From NCBI RefSeq assembly GCF_018350175.1, contig NC_058368.1:13268001-13332000 (forward strand): 64,000 nucleotides of DNA, read 5' to 3'. The position numbers were made by a program, and so were the translations under genes. The stretch comes from Felis catus. Lineage: Eukaryota. Each line of letters starts with the position of its first letter. The first letter of the stretch is position 1. The notes under the pieces are model-generated. The model was not told the DNA's origin. It searched no databases and was given only the letters and a program-made list of their open reading frames with translations. This document shows positions 13,076-25,821 of this stretch, piece after piece.

Positions 13076-13914
13076 ATGAAATTTTCCTCGGCAAAATGAA
13101 GAAAATAGGGAAAGTACAAATGAGCTGGGAACAAAGCTAAAATTATTCCTTTTCAAATATTTTACTTTGTTCTTAGACTATATTCTTTCTATTCTTTTGG
13201 TGCAAATATACTCAATTAGGAAATTATATTAAAAGTACATGATGGCCCATGATTTTTTGAAAATGCAAAATTCATAATCTTTGTCAGTTTCACATTAAAA
13301 AATTTTTCACTTTGAGATTTGGAAGCAGGGAGCTCCTGGCTGTAGAATAACATCTGACTTCACTGGTCTGCACACAAAGCTCCCCACATGCCTCTGGGAC
13401 TCTTTCTTGGGCTTCTTCTGCTGTAAGTCTCCAGTTTCTGCCTCAATATTTCTACTGATTTTCTCACGTACAATACACTGTTTCACTACAAGATGCCTCT
13501 GTGTGCCATTCTTCTGCCTGAAATTCACTTCCCCTTCTCTTCTTTTATTGCACCATTTCAACTCAACCTTGAAAACTCCCTTTGAAGGAAACATTCCCCC
13601 CCTCTTTTTTTCACTCTGTACTTAATCTGTATCTTAACATTGAAAGCTTTGTTAAAATGATCTTTCTGAACGTATACCTCAGCTACTAGACAGTAACATC
13701 CTCGACACTTTTTTAAAATTCCTTATACTCCTAAAAATTCACAGAAGATATGGAGAGAACAGGTGCTCAAGGAATGTTTGTCAGAGTATGAGTATGTTTT
13801 GAAATACAAATAGAAATCTTAGGTCTGGTAAATGTCTCCATCTGGTGTAGATTGCGGTCTGACACTCTAATCCCCTTTGTACCAATAGGATGTGTTCTAA
13901 GCACTTTTTTTTTG

Positions 13915-14325
13915 CCTCTTTATTTTTACTAATGTATTTTTCCAGTTTTATTAAGATATAGCTGTATAAATTTAAGGTATAGACCGTAATGGTTTGACTT
14001 ACATATGTTGTGAAGTAGTTACCACAATTAGTTAACATCTATCATCTCATATAGTTAACCAAAAAAGAGAAAGAAGAAAAAACCCATGTATTTCCTTGTG
14101 ATGTGAACTCGTAAGATCTACTCTCTTAACAGCTTTCAAATACGCTACATAGCAGTGTTAGCTGTAGCCACCAGGTACATTATATCCCTAGTGCTGATTT
14201 ATCTTTTGACTGGAAGTTTGTACCTTGTGAACATCTTCCTCCAAGTCCTTCCCCACTCCCCACCCCCACCACTCCCCATCTCCAACTCTGGTGACCCCAC
14301 ATCTGAGCTCTTTTTCTTTGGGTTT
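13915..14325 (-). mobile_element. L1MA9-like/carnivore L1 3' fragment
   Basis: tgtataaatttaaggt...aagatctactctcttaac...ctggaagtttgtacctt; candidate TSD aa(g/c)cactttttttt. Confidence 0.8.
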
Positions 14326-14634
14326 TAACCACTTTTTTTTGTTTTGTTTTTGTTTTGTTTTGTTGTTTTTGTTTGTTTGTTTGTTTTTTTTAGATGGCTT
14401 TATATTTCTGAAAAGATTTTCTTTGATGAGTTCAATCTCCTTCCCTTAACTTCCACCACAAGTCCTAGTTCTGCCGTCTGGAGATACAGTCTGTGTCATC
14501 TCCTACATAATAGTGTGTCACAGCCATAAAGCCAGTTAGCAGGTGTCCACTTAGTCTGCTGACCTGCAAGCTAAATGTACTGCACTTGTCCATTTCTTGT
14601 TGACGTCCTTTCTCCGCCTTCCACAGCCAGCTCA

Positions 14635-15080
14635 CTATCTGTATCGCCAGTAACAGAAAACATGACAAAAGTGGCTTAAACAAGATACTGCTTAGTTTCT
14701 GCACGTGAAAAACTCAAGAGGTCTGCAATCGCAGCAATGCCACCAGAGACCCAGGCTCCTCTAGTCATCCTTAGCACATGCCTTTTGTCCTTGTTGACAC
14801 TGTCACATGATTACGACGTGGCTGCTCGCCTTCAGGACAGCATCTCTGTTCCAAACTAGAAGACAAAGGGCAAAAAGCAAAAGGAATGTGGGTGTGAAAT
14901 ATGTGCTCCTTACAGGGTGTTCTCAGGAGGATGTAGCTTCACAAACATCTGATTGACCATAACTATATCACATAGTTGCAAGGAATGCTGGGAAACAGTA
15001 ATTTTGCTGGACACCTTATCTCTTTGAAAAAAATTGTATGGGAGAAAAGGAGAATAAATATTAGTAGTGATAGGCAACTA
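14635..15080 (-). mobile_element. Old MLT1 (J/K/L-like) LTR fragment
   Basis: gtaacagaaaac...agtggcttaaacaagata...gacccaggctcct...gcaaggaatgctgggaaa. Confidence 0.6.
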
Positions 15081-15364
15081 CTAGTGTGTGGTGTGTGTTA
15101 ATTAATACAACTTTGCTAATGACCTTCTTAAAAGAAAGGTCCCTAGGTCTGACAATATGTCCTGAATGTTGTGCCCAGCAGATTACTGAATGCCCAGAAC
15201 CTCTCTCTGTCTGTATGTGTACATTTATTAAGATAGCTGAAGATTGGCCCTATTTTGTAAGGTGCCACATCACTATTATATGTTTATATCATTTTTACAA
15301 AGAACTAAAAAATACAGTTATTTCTCTCATTCTTCTATTCAGCCTGGCCTCCACTAAAACTTTG

Positions 15365-15535
15365 TAGTTGTGATTCTGAAATCCAGTGAAATCCATTGTA
15401 CTCCAGCAGATTTTATGATGCATATCCTGGTCCATGATTTAAATATGCTGAAAACCTTTCTGAAGCTTAATTTTGTCATCTATTGCATGCACTATCTCTC
15501 CAAAATTTGCATCATCAGCAAATTTAATAAGCGTT
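15365..15535 (-). mobile_element. L3/CR1 LINE fragment
   Basis: aaatttgcatcatcagcaaatttaataagc read on the - strand encodes LIKFADDANF, the CR1 reverse-transcriptase FADD motif. Confidence 0.65.
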
Positions 15536-15795
15536 TTTTTTAAAAATAATTTTGTGAGGGAGACATACATGGAAACCCATAATTAGGTTGAAATAGTTAA
15601 TCTGCTATTAAGTATATTAGTAAATATATGTATATGGTATAAGAGGAACTTGGAAGAACATGCATCTGCCTGGGATTCTGGGAGGTTAAACCACAGATGA
15701 TACTAATTTTGAAATTAAAGATGAGGTGAATTTTGCCTGAGACACCACATTTAAATGAGTATTCCTAAAAGAAGAGATACAATAAGAAAAGGCTT

Positions 15796-15995
15796 GGGGC
15801 ACCTGGCAGGTTCATTTGGTTAAACGTTAGACTCTTGATTTTGGCTCAGGTCATGATCTCACAGTTTGTGAGTTTGTGAGCTCTGCACTGACAGTGAGGA
15901 GCCTACTTGGGATTCTCTGTCTCCCTCTCTCTCTGCCCCTCCCTACTCTATGTCTCTCTCAAAAATAAATAAATAAAAAACTTAAAAAAAAAAAA
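15796..15995 (+). mobile_element. Can-SINE
   Basis: SINEC head/body/tail; TSD aagaaaaggc. Confidence 0.94.
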
Positions 15996-16432
15996 GAAGA
16001 AAAGGCCCAAGGGTGTGACAGACTGAAATTACAAATGCCATGATCTGGCACAGCAGGGGCATGGAAAGGAAGTAGGAGATGAGGCAAGAAAATAACCTAA
16101 GTTTATCCAGGAAGTTTGAACTTTACTTTTGATTGATGTTCCTCAGAGACAGGCTTTAGACTAGGTATACATTTTGGAAAATTTTTCCATACCTGTCTTT
16201 TAAATTTACAGGTGCATTTTTGTTGCCAACAATGGTCGAGTAGACACTATAAGAGACTAGATTATTCAAGTCCTTTCTTCATCTGTACCATGTGATCCTA
16301 TTTCCCTTCAGATGTGATGACCATATGTCTCATTTTCTAAGATTCTGAATATGAAATCATCTATCTTGTGACTGCTCAAATTATTCTCAGACTTGTCAGT
16401 CCATGTGTTCTGATTTGTGTTCCAGAAAACCA

Positions 16433-16660
16433 AGGGCTCCTGGGTGGCTCAGTCAGTTAGGCGTCCGACTTTGGCTCAGGTCATGATCTCACGGTTCGTG
16501 GGTTTGAGCCCTGCGTCGGACTCTGTGCTCGGAGTCCAGAGCCTGCTTCGGACTCTGTGTCTCCCTCTCTGTCTCCTCCTTCCCAGCTCACGCTCTGTCT
16601 CTGTCTCTCTCTCTCAAAAATGAGTAAACATTAAGAAAAAAATTGAAAAAAAAAGAAGAA
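16433..16660 (+). mobile_element. Can-SINE (feline type)
   Basis: tgggtggctcagtcagttaggcgtccgactttggctcaggtcatgatctc; TSD core agaaaacc. Confidence 0.95.
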
Positions 16661-17749
16661 AAGAAAACCTAACCGGTGGTCCTCTGATCACATACTTCCC
16701 CTCCTATGGGACATGCTCTGATGGTCTTCAGCTCCTTCAGCATGTTCTATCTGGTGTATCAGGGGAGATATCAGATCTGCAATATGAATTAGCCAAAGAA
16801 CACCATGCTTGCCATTCTATTTAATGACAATGAGAAATGCCAGTAATGAAAGGGGTAAGCAATAGCACAGTCTGTAAGCTTGTATTTTAGCCTGTGTACA
16901 AGAAGCTCACAACCTTAATTTTCACAGCAACATAAATATTATGACTATAATTAACCATGAATATTTGATGAAGTTGGAGAGCATTATCTACACTTGCTTA
17001 ATATCACTGGATGTCATTCTAAATTTTGGATGCTTTTTAAGTATGGAAATGCTCTCTGTGTGCTGCCAAGTTTCTAAACAAATGCCTGGTGGAAAATTAC
17101 ACCTTAGCCAGAACAATAATCCAAGTAAATAGGTAATAATGGATATGTATTTTGCACATTAGCTTGACACACGGCATTAAAATGTCCCAGGACATTAAAG
17201 ACTGAGTTTTTATAAAGACAATTAAAATAGACATAACGGCCATGCTTCATTCGAGGGATTGATGCATTGCAGAGAAGTATTTTTCTCACATGAAAAAGAA
17301 AATGGTGCCTTGCTAAAATGCCAGGCTTTTTCAAGTTGGAAGAGGTGGGAGCATCTCTGAGAGACACAAATTTCCAGGTGGCATTTGAATGCTTAAAGGT
17401 GATCTGGAGTCCAAACCCTAGTGGTCCACTAGGGCGATCTATAGCCCTAATGCCTTTGTCAAGAAACAAAAAGTGTGCTTACTGGATATTTGTTCCTAAC
17501 TTTTATTTATTAGAAAAGTTTTTTTCTTTTTGAAACGTGCATTATTTTTTTATTTTACAGTAAAGCCATATAAGTTATAGTAAAAAGGGGGCTTCTGAAC
17601 AAGGTATTTTAAATATAAAGGCAGAGTACAGCCAGGGATCACTAAACAGGTGTTTTTAGTCCTCAGAGGCCTCATAGTGTAAGGCATTAAGACTCCTAAG
17701 CCTGTTGCATGGGGCTTTGTACTTCTGAAGATTGGTAGGCATTGGTTGA

Positions 17750-18545
17750 TGTGGTATCTTAAAGATGGCTGCAGATTATCTGCCATCTTCCTTCCTTCCT
17801 TCCTTCCTTCCTTCCTTCCTTCCTTCCTTCCTTCATAAATGTTTATTTATTTAGAGAGAGAGAGAGAGGGAAAGGATGCATGTGAGAGTGGGAAAGGGGC
17901 AGAGAGAGAGGGGAGAGAGAATCCCAAGCAGGTGGAGCCCAACAGGGGTCTGGATCTCAGGAACCATGAGATCATGACCTGAGCTGAAATCCAGAGTCGG
18001 ATGCTTAATCGACTGAGCCACCCCGGCACCCACTTCCATTATTATTCATTAGCTCCCATTGAGAGGTGGAGTCTAATTCTTGCTCTCAGAATCTAGACTA
18101 ACTTGCTTGATCAATGAATATGGAAGAAGTGATACTGTAGTTCTGAGGCTAGCACCTAAGAGGACTGGCAGCTTCCAACTTGCCTTCTGAGAGCTGTAAG
18201 CTACTATGAAGGAAGGCAGGTGATGCAGAAGCCAGCTTTCTGGGAGGAAGTGCTAGCCACATGGAGCACACGTAAGTGCTCTTGTGGACACGTACACTTG
18301 CAGCAACAGCCACAATCAAGCGCCAGACATGTGAATGTCCCATGCAGGTGATTCAGCCCCAGCCACCATCTGATGGAAAGGACATGAAGTACACCAAGCA
18401 AAACTGCCCAGCTGAATCCCATCTTCCCACAGAACAATGAGAAAAAATAATAATTGTTCACACCATTAAGAATTGTTTACATGAAATTAAGTGTTTACAC
18501 CATTAGCTTTTGGAGTAATTTGTAATGCAACTATAGATATAGATC
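17750..18545 (+). mobile_element. MLT1H-like solo LTR interrupted by a Can-SINE
   Basis: tgtgg...aaagatggctgca; ctcccattgagaggtggagtcta; gccagacatgtgaatg; aactgcccagctgaatccc. Confidence 0.75.
17787..18031 (-). mobile_element. Can-SINE with (CCTT)n (=GAAG) tail expansion
   Basis: SINEC body on - strand, 17835-18031; (CCTT)n 17787-17834. Confidence 0.94.
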
Positions 18546-18749
18546 AGGAAGGGCAATGGAAATGTGAGTGCCATGAATTAGAAAGCTTTTTGCCTCCTCT
18601 TTTCCTGCTTCCCTTCCATCCTTCAGCCAGAGGTGAGTTGGAATACCTTTAGCCCTGGTAGGGGGCAGAGAAGCATCTTCAGATAAAAACGTGTTAGAGT
18701 AGAGGGTATAGGGCCACTGATACCCACTGCTACCTTTAGCGTGTGCTAC

Positions 18750-18960
18750 ATAGTATTCTGTTTAAGATCATGGGCTCTGGAGTCAGATCTGCTTTTGTTC
18801 AAAACCCAGCCCAAACCCCTACCAACTGTGGAGCTCTAGGCAACTTCTCTCATCTTCTGGTGCCATGTTTTTCCCACCTAAACCACAAAGGAAATTATGG
18901 ATGTAAAGCTCTTTAGAATAATGCTGACATATAGGAAGAGGTCAATAAATACTCATTGTT
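18750..18960 (+). mobile_element. MIR SINE
   Basis: ttaagatcatgggctctggagtcaga...ggcaacttctctcatctt...atgtaaagctctttagaataatgctgacatatagg. Confidence 0.8.
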
Positions 18961-19624
18961 GTTATTGTTTCTGTGATACAGGTAGTGGTGAGGCTCTTAA
19001 AGATACTCTGACACTCGTAATTTGCCTGGCGTTTCTTTTAATATCAGGTTCTGTTTTTTTGTGAATCAATTAACAAACAATTCATGGTATTCCATGGCCT
19101 TCAATATGATTTTATCAATGTTTTTTTAGAGTTTTATAAAAATTTTTAAATGTGGTATTTGAATATTTTATGTAGCTTGCTATTGTTATTTTCTAGAAGC
19201 GATTAAACATCAGAAAAATACACATGGTGATGCATTAGAAATTTTAACTGACCTCCCCTGAATTAATTAATGGGGTTAATCATCATTCTCCATGAAGTCT
19301 GGGGATTGTCCTCACTCATGCTCATGATACATTGAAAGCTCAGGGCTGGGGCTGCCTCCTGTATGCTGTCCGTAGCCCTTCATCAGTTGTTTCCTGTGCA
19401 GCCTCATCCACCAAAGCCCCCAAATTTCTCTCATGTAATAGTCAAAGGAATAAGTTGAGTTAGAGTTAACTAAGTTCTAACTAAACTCAGAACTTATAGC
19501 TTGGAAACCAAGCAAGAATTCTTGGCCAGTTTGGAATTTAATCCCACCTCTCAGCTTTGGGGGTAGATCCTGATGAAGCCAGCAGTAAGTAATGCTAAGT
19601 CAGTACCTGAAGAATGCTTCCCAG

Positions 19625-19626
<2 letters not shown>

Positions 19627-19662
<36 letters not shown>
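19627..19662. repeat. (TG)n microsatellite
   Basis: Direct dinucleotide run. Confidence 0.97.
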
Positions 19663-19666
<4 letters not shown>

Positions 19667-21203
19667 TTGTGTGCGCATGCGCTTGAAAAGGGAGGAGAGG
19701 AAGAGTGAAAGCCACAGATGTGATGAGATGATGTGTTCCCAGGCTCTGCCTCTTGCGGTCTTGCTCTCTGCCCTTTTTGTGTGGGAGGGCACAGGGACAG
19801 GGGAGTGGTCTGGGGCTCAGCAATCAAGATGGGAGAGAACCAGAGCCCTCAAGGTGAGGGAAGGGGATAGAAACAGAGAGAGCAAAACACAAGGATGAAA
19901 TGTTTTCCTGTGTTTTCCTGCATTTGGGGAAAACAATGGCTACTGGCCAATAAAAAGTTCCCTAACAGCACACTTAGCATAATAAAGCACAAATCACTGG
20001 CCCCATTTTTCTTTCTTTCAGCCTCCGTCAGCAAAATTGTTTGGGTTGAGGTGCACATGAGAAATAGTCCAATGGTTTGCTTGCCTGAGCCCTCTCAGGA
20101 CGCCCTGGCCGCTCACATGTATTCCTGATGTTTCCCAGGAGGCCAATGATTTGCACAACACACCCTTCCCCAGATCCCAAACATTGACATATTCCAGCCA
20201 TCATTTCACATTGCCTTCCTCCACGAAGCTTTCTTTGTGCACTGAACTCGAAGAATCGCTCTGAGTGCCCTCAGATAAACTTAGGCTACTCATCTCTCTC
20301 AGTTTAAGATGTGTGCCGTGGAACGGAAGTGTTTGCTAATGCTTAGCATGACACAAAAGCTGTTTCTGCATTTTGCCATCATACATTTCTCCCGTCCTTA
20401 GCTCAGCATCTCTGTGCTGCGGGGAGAGGTGCCACACAATACGCAGATGGAGCAGGAACGGAGGAAGATTTCTCTGGGGCTCAAAACTCATGCTGCCATA
20501 TGCTGTCCTCTCTCCTTCTGAATTCTGTCAAGCACACTGGCCACTGGCTGGCACAGAGTGACAAAGATGGAGAGGGTTTAATCAGTTGAAAATCTTCAAT
20601 TTAGAGCCAATTCAATAACCTCTTTAAGTTAAAAAAGAGACAAGCGTCAATTTAAGTTATTTATTTGGGAAAAAAAAAATCCTCCTTCTCTCCCCTGTAA
20701 ATTAATTTTTCCAGGAATTCTGTGTGATCCCAGTAAGGTGAACACTTTGAATTAGCCTGTTTTATGTAATACAGAAATGATTTTTAAAACCCCCATAGAC
20801 TAAGATATAGTTTTATTACCTGTCAGTCTTCTTTTTCTTGAACGTCCCAGCGAGCACTAACATTTTTTATGTGTCTCTGCACAACTTAAATTATAGGCCT
20901 GCTTATTTTTTATCTTAAACATAAATAAAATTTATTATCACCAGAGCAGTAGTGAACCCAAGCTTTTTATACTATCATTCCTTTACAGAGTCAAAGAAAT
21001 TTTGTTCTTATACTTTCTTGTAGCTTTTCAAAACCTTTAATATCAGCTTTAGTCTTTTGTTCCTTCTTTACTTGCTCCTATATATTTTTTCAGTTTGTGT
21101 TAAAATATAATAAAATGGCCCAAATTATTTTAATTCAACGTCCTGCCTTTCCTTTGATACTTTATTCCAGATGAATTACATTGATAAATTTTAAGAGATT
21201 GAC

Positions 21204-21264
21204 TTTTATTTTAGAGAGAGAGAGAGAGAAAAGAGAGAGAGCAGGGGAGGGCAGAGGGAGGGGG

Positions 21265-21312
<48 letters not shown>

Positions 21313-21433
21313 TAAGCAGGCTTCATGCCCAGTGCGGAGCCCAACACGGGGCTCGATCTCACAACCATGAGATCATGACCTGAGCTGAAATCAGGAGTCA
21401 GATGCTCAACTGACTGAGACACTCAGGTGCTCC
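21204..21433 (-). mobile_element. Can-SINE with long (GA)n
   Basis: SINEC body; TSD aagagattg(a/c)ctttta. Confidence 0.95.
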
Positions 21434-22424
21434 AAGAGATTGCCTTTTAAGTTTCAAATGGGACCCCACTCTTGTCAAGTTACTATTGTTAAAATGGTAA
21501 AAGACTTTTCCAGAAAAGAGAGATTAATCAAAGTAACTTGTAGCAGGTGTCTTACTTCAGCTGTAGGATTGTTAAGTGAGTTCACTCCTACAATCATGGC
21601 AGTAGCCATTTTGGCCAAGGATAGTGACTAGTCCCACTGAGTAAAAGGGTCTCCAAGGGGCATTTTGTGGGAAAAGGCTGTTATTCTTCACAGTGCCTAC
21701 TTGAAAAGATAAGTGAGGCATCCCTCATGATCTTACTTTATAGTGTCTAAAAAAATTATCTGAAGCTTAGAATTTGACAAAAGGAATTACTGGATTTGGG
21801 GGGGGGGCTTAGCTTGCTAGTATTTTCTAGCTCTTAGGGATGGGATTAACTGGTAGATTTTTGTCCAACAGTTTTGCAGATAATTTCATTTTTCCATTGA
21901 ACCCAGCACTAATCTTATCCTAGCTTTGCCAATGCTCTTTGGAATGAGTTTTATATCTTATTGTTCCCCTCCTCCTTAGTAAGTTCAATAGAATATTTGA
22001 CACATGCTCATTTATATCTGTACGAAAGTCACAATTTCACCTTTGTGAAATTTTAATAATGATTTCATCCCATTATGGACTCAACATCCATCAATTTATT
22101 TTGGCATTTCCCAAACTTATTTATGTTTCTTTGTTGTATCGCTGCTTGTCTCCTTAAAGTTAAAAAAAATGCTCCTAAATTCTGTGTTTCTGACAGTGTC
22201 CTATGGAATCCATATTATATGCCATACCAGACTCAATCTTTAATGTTAGAAAAGTCCTAAATGTTTTTAGTTTGACACTATTAGGAACTACCTCTTTCTT
22301 CTAACTAATTTTCTCTGGGCCTTTCCTGGTTTTGATATGTCTTTCTGGAAATCAGGTGAAGAGAAGTTTTTTCTGGGCATAGCCAAGAGCAAAATTATTA
22401 GAGAGGGAAAAAAATGGAAGAATT

Positions 22425-22610
22425 GTTGTGTTGTACTAGGTGCTTTGACACACTTACTTTGATCTAATCTTCATGGTACTCTGGTGAATTGTATGTGTCA
22501 TTATTTACAGATGAAGTAACTGAGACTGAAGCCTGTCCATCTGGTGAGTGGCAGATTCTAGATCCTATCCTATTTCTGTCCTAAGCCCATGTACTTTCTA
22601 TTATCTGATA
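22425..22610 (-). mobile_element. MIR SINE
   Basis: tactaggtgcttt...tttacagatgaagtaactgagact...aagcccatgtactt. Confidence 0.75.
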
Positions 22611-24865
22611 TCACTTAAACCAGTTCTCCATTCTTGTTGCAGTCAACCTCCTGTGGGTACAATAAAATGATGTGTCCATGTGCAGAATGAGCAACGTACT
22701 GAATATCATGACCTGGTGCCCAAATCACATAAGGTGCAGGATTATATTTTCAAGATGGACAAGCTTTGAAAAACAGCAATCTTTGCCTTTCCTTTTTCTT
22801 GTTCTCACTTTGACACACTTGGACCCGTACATAGCTTTCATGGTCACATACATGGGCTGAAGTGTCGTTACAATTGGAAGAACCCATACTGTGATAAACA
22901 CTGGGCATTGTTAGATGTAGAAAAAATTGAGACCCCCATGGTCCCAACAAATGAGTTGGCTTGTACGTGGGCTAGGTATTGAGAAAGAGGAGGGAAGTGG
23001 CCAGGTTTGTTAAATATAGCAAGGTGTGTGAAGCAGAGACCAAAAGTAGCACCATCTGGAGCCATCGTTCACCTGTGTTCCTTACTTGCCGATCTGCTTG
23101 GGTATTTTGTGATATTTTAATTTCCTTTTTGTTTCTCTTTTATGGGAAGCCATCCTGACTTGCCAAAAGAGCCCCTGCAGGCTTCAATGGTGATGCACTA
23201 ATTTGGTTACTTCAGCACCACCCATAATAAAAGAGCTCACCCTACTCTCGCTCTGTTCTATCCAAATGGAATCGTTAAAATCGTGGAACTAGCAAAAAGA
23301 AGTAATTGAATTAAAGAATGTAAAGAATGCACAACTTCATTTAATATACTTAATTAACTGTGTTTTTAAAGAATTCAAATGAAATTCTAAAATAAAGTGT
23401 CCTTTAAAGCTCACATTTTTGCCTCTCAATTTTATTTTCTGGGTTAAAAATAAAAAAAAAAACCCGACTTTTGTGCTGAGGACAATACAGTGGAGATAAG
23501 GCGCAAATTTCCTTCTTTCAGGGAATGTGAATGGATGAAGATATGTTTCTAATTTTCAGAACAAATGTGCTTCTTTTCCAAGACTCTTAGTCGTTACAAA
23601 CCTTGCAACTTTGCTTAGAGAAGATATTCAAGGCAAAATATTTCTATGAGATTCATGGAAGAGAAAAATGATGAATCATCTCAATTCTAATGTGGAAATG
23701 ATTTTTCTGTAGCTTTACTTGTACTGTGAAGAGAGCTCTACACCTGCTGCACACTATATTTTATCTTGAGTTTAAGAGAATAGAAAAGATGCTGCTATTT
23801 CTTCCTCAAAATAGTACTTTTGCATCCACAGTCCCCTCCCTAACGGAATTTCAGCCCAGCCTGAAATGAAGGTCACATCAAGTACCAAAGATATTTCAGT
23901 TCTGAGATGGATAATCACAGCAGCTATTCCAGTCATGAAAAAGTTTTGCATGAAGTCATTTACTTGTGTCTTGTACTAGAGAGGAAACCTAATAGTTGCC
24001 ATTGCTACTGGAGATATTTTATTGCTGTCTTAAGAGGATTACTATCATAAGGGCATTGCAGTCTTAAAATCTTCAGCTATTTAATAAGAATTTAATGATG
24101 TTAAATTACTTAACACCAAGAAAAAATAAGACTCCTTGCAAAAGACACGGGAATTTTTTGATCTAGATACTGACAACTGGGTAAGAATCTAAAGTCTATA
24201 ACTGGAACACAGGCCATGTGGAGCTATTGACCATGATTCCTTTGTTTTCATATAGATTCATCCACCCAGGTTACCAGTACAATCAAATCCTGGCTTCATT
24301 TAATTAATATTTGAAGACATTTGTTAAACATCTACCCCATCCAAGAGGTACATCTCAGTACAAGAAGAGCTCTAGTCAGCATCCTTGCTGTGGGGCAGCA
24401 GGATCAAGGTGTCTGATGTGGCTAAATTTTATCACCAACCTTCTCACTTGCTCTGTTGCATTCACATGATTCCTGTCTTTAAATACACCAAGACTTTTCC
24501 CACTTTAGAATACTCATACACTCTTCTCAGTCTTCATGTGGCTGACATCATATCATTTAAGATTCAGCTTACAACATTTCTCCATTTCTTACGTTGGCTA
24601 ATGTACTAGACTCCCACCCACATTTGTAGTCATCTTTGCTTCCTTTCCTCTGTTTTATCTTCTTCTTATGAGTTGCCACTATTTAAAATAGTCTAGTTTA
24701 CTTAGTTACTCAATTGTGTATCATTTGTTTCTAAACCAGGGCAAAGGTTCTGGAAAGGAGGGATCGTACCTATCTTGTTCCTTCACTACAGCATTTAGGA
24801 CGATGTCTCATTCAGAGTGCACCCTCAAAAAACATAGAAACATGTAGCTGAGCGTTTATAAGTTT

Positions 24866-25043
24866 AAATTTTTTTTAATGTTTATTTATTTTTGAGAGAG
24901 AGAGGGAGACACAGAATCTGAAACAGGCTCCAGGCTCTGAGCTGTCAGCATAGAGCCCGATGAGGAACTCAAACTGACAGGCCTCAAGATCATGACCTGA
25001 GCCAGAGTTGGCCGCTTAACCAACTCAGCCACCCAAGCGCCCC
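24866..25043 (-). mobile_element. Can-SINE with internal deletion in the CT region
   Basis: SINEC body lacking the usual gagcatg...gggcagag segment; degenerate TSD. Confidence 0.93.
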
Positions 25044-25417
25044 AAGAGTTTTTAAGCTTACAGCAAGAGGGACGGAAACATGCATTTATTTTACAAAGTA
25101 GAAAGTTGAAACTCTTGCAAGGGGATTGAAATGCAAATGGGAGTTCCTAGGAAGGCAGGTATCTTCACCAAAATAAAAGATGGCAGCATTTCAACAGTGT
25201 TATGAAATGGGTATATTTTTATAGAGAGAGAGGAGGGAAGGATGGTCTAAGTGCTTTTAGGTAAGTTTCAGTATCAGATAAACCAAGATTTGAGGAAAGC
25301 AGTGAGCAATTCAGGGAAGAGAAGATAGTGAGTTTTACTTTAAAAGTAAAGTAAGTGACTTCACATGGAATCAGAGATGTCTTAAGGCCTAGCTCCAACA
25401 TTCGACATCTGGGTTAC

Positions 25418-25821
25418 TGTTGTGGGCTGCATTCCCTCCTCCTCAAATTCATATGTTGAAGCCCTAAACCTCAATTCGTCAGATTGTGACTGTATTTGGA
25501 GATAGGGTCTTTAAAGAGGTGATCAAGCTAAACTGGGGTCATTAGTTTGACCTTATAAGAGTGGACCTTAATACAATCTGTCTGGTTTCTACTAAGAAGA
25601 GGAGATTAGAATACAGAGAGACACTAGACATCACAAGTGCAGAAGAAAGACCATGTGAGAATCCAGAGAGAAGGTAGGGAGAGAGGCCTCAGGAGGAATC
25701 AAACCCACTGACACCTTGATCTGGAACTTCCAGCCTCCAGAACTTTGAAAATATTATTTTCTGTTGGTTAAGCCACCCAGTCTGTGTTATTTTATTATGA
25801 TGACTCTAGCAAACTAATACA
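25418..25821 (+). mobile_element. MLT1B-like solo LTR, apparently inserted in a MIR
   Basis: tgttgtgggctg...aaattcatatgttgaagccctaa...gtatttggagatagggtctttaaagagg...ttccagcctccagaact...ctagcaaactaataca. Confidence 0.9.

Noticed and set aside
17422..17440. CTCF-like core CCACTAGGGCG
   Set aside because: It lacks the GGGGGC/GGTGGC continuation of the CTCF consensus; weak match
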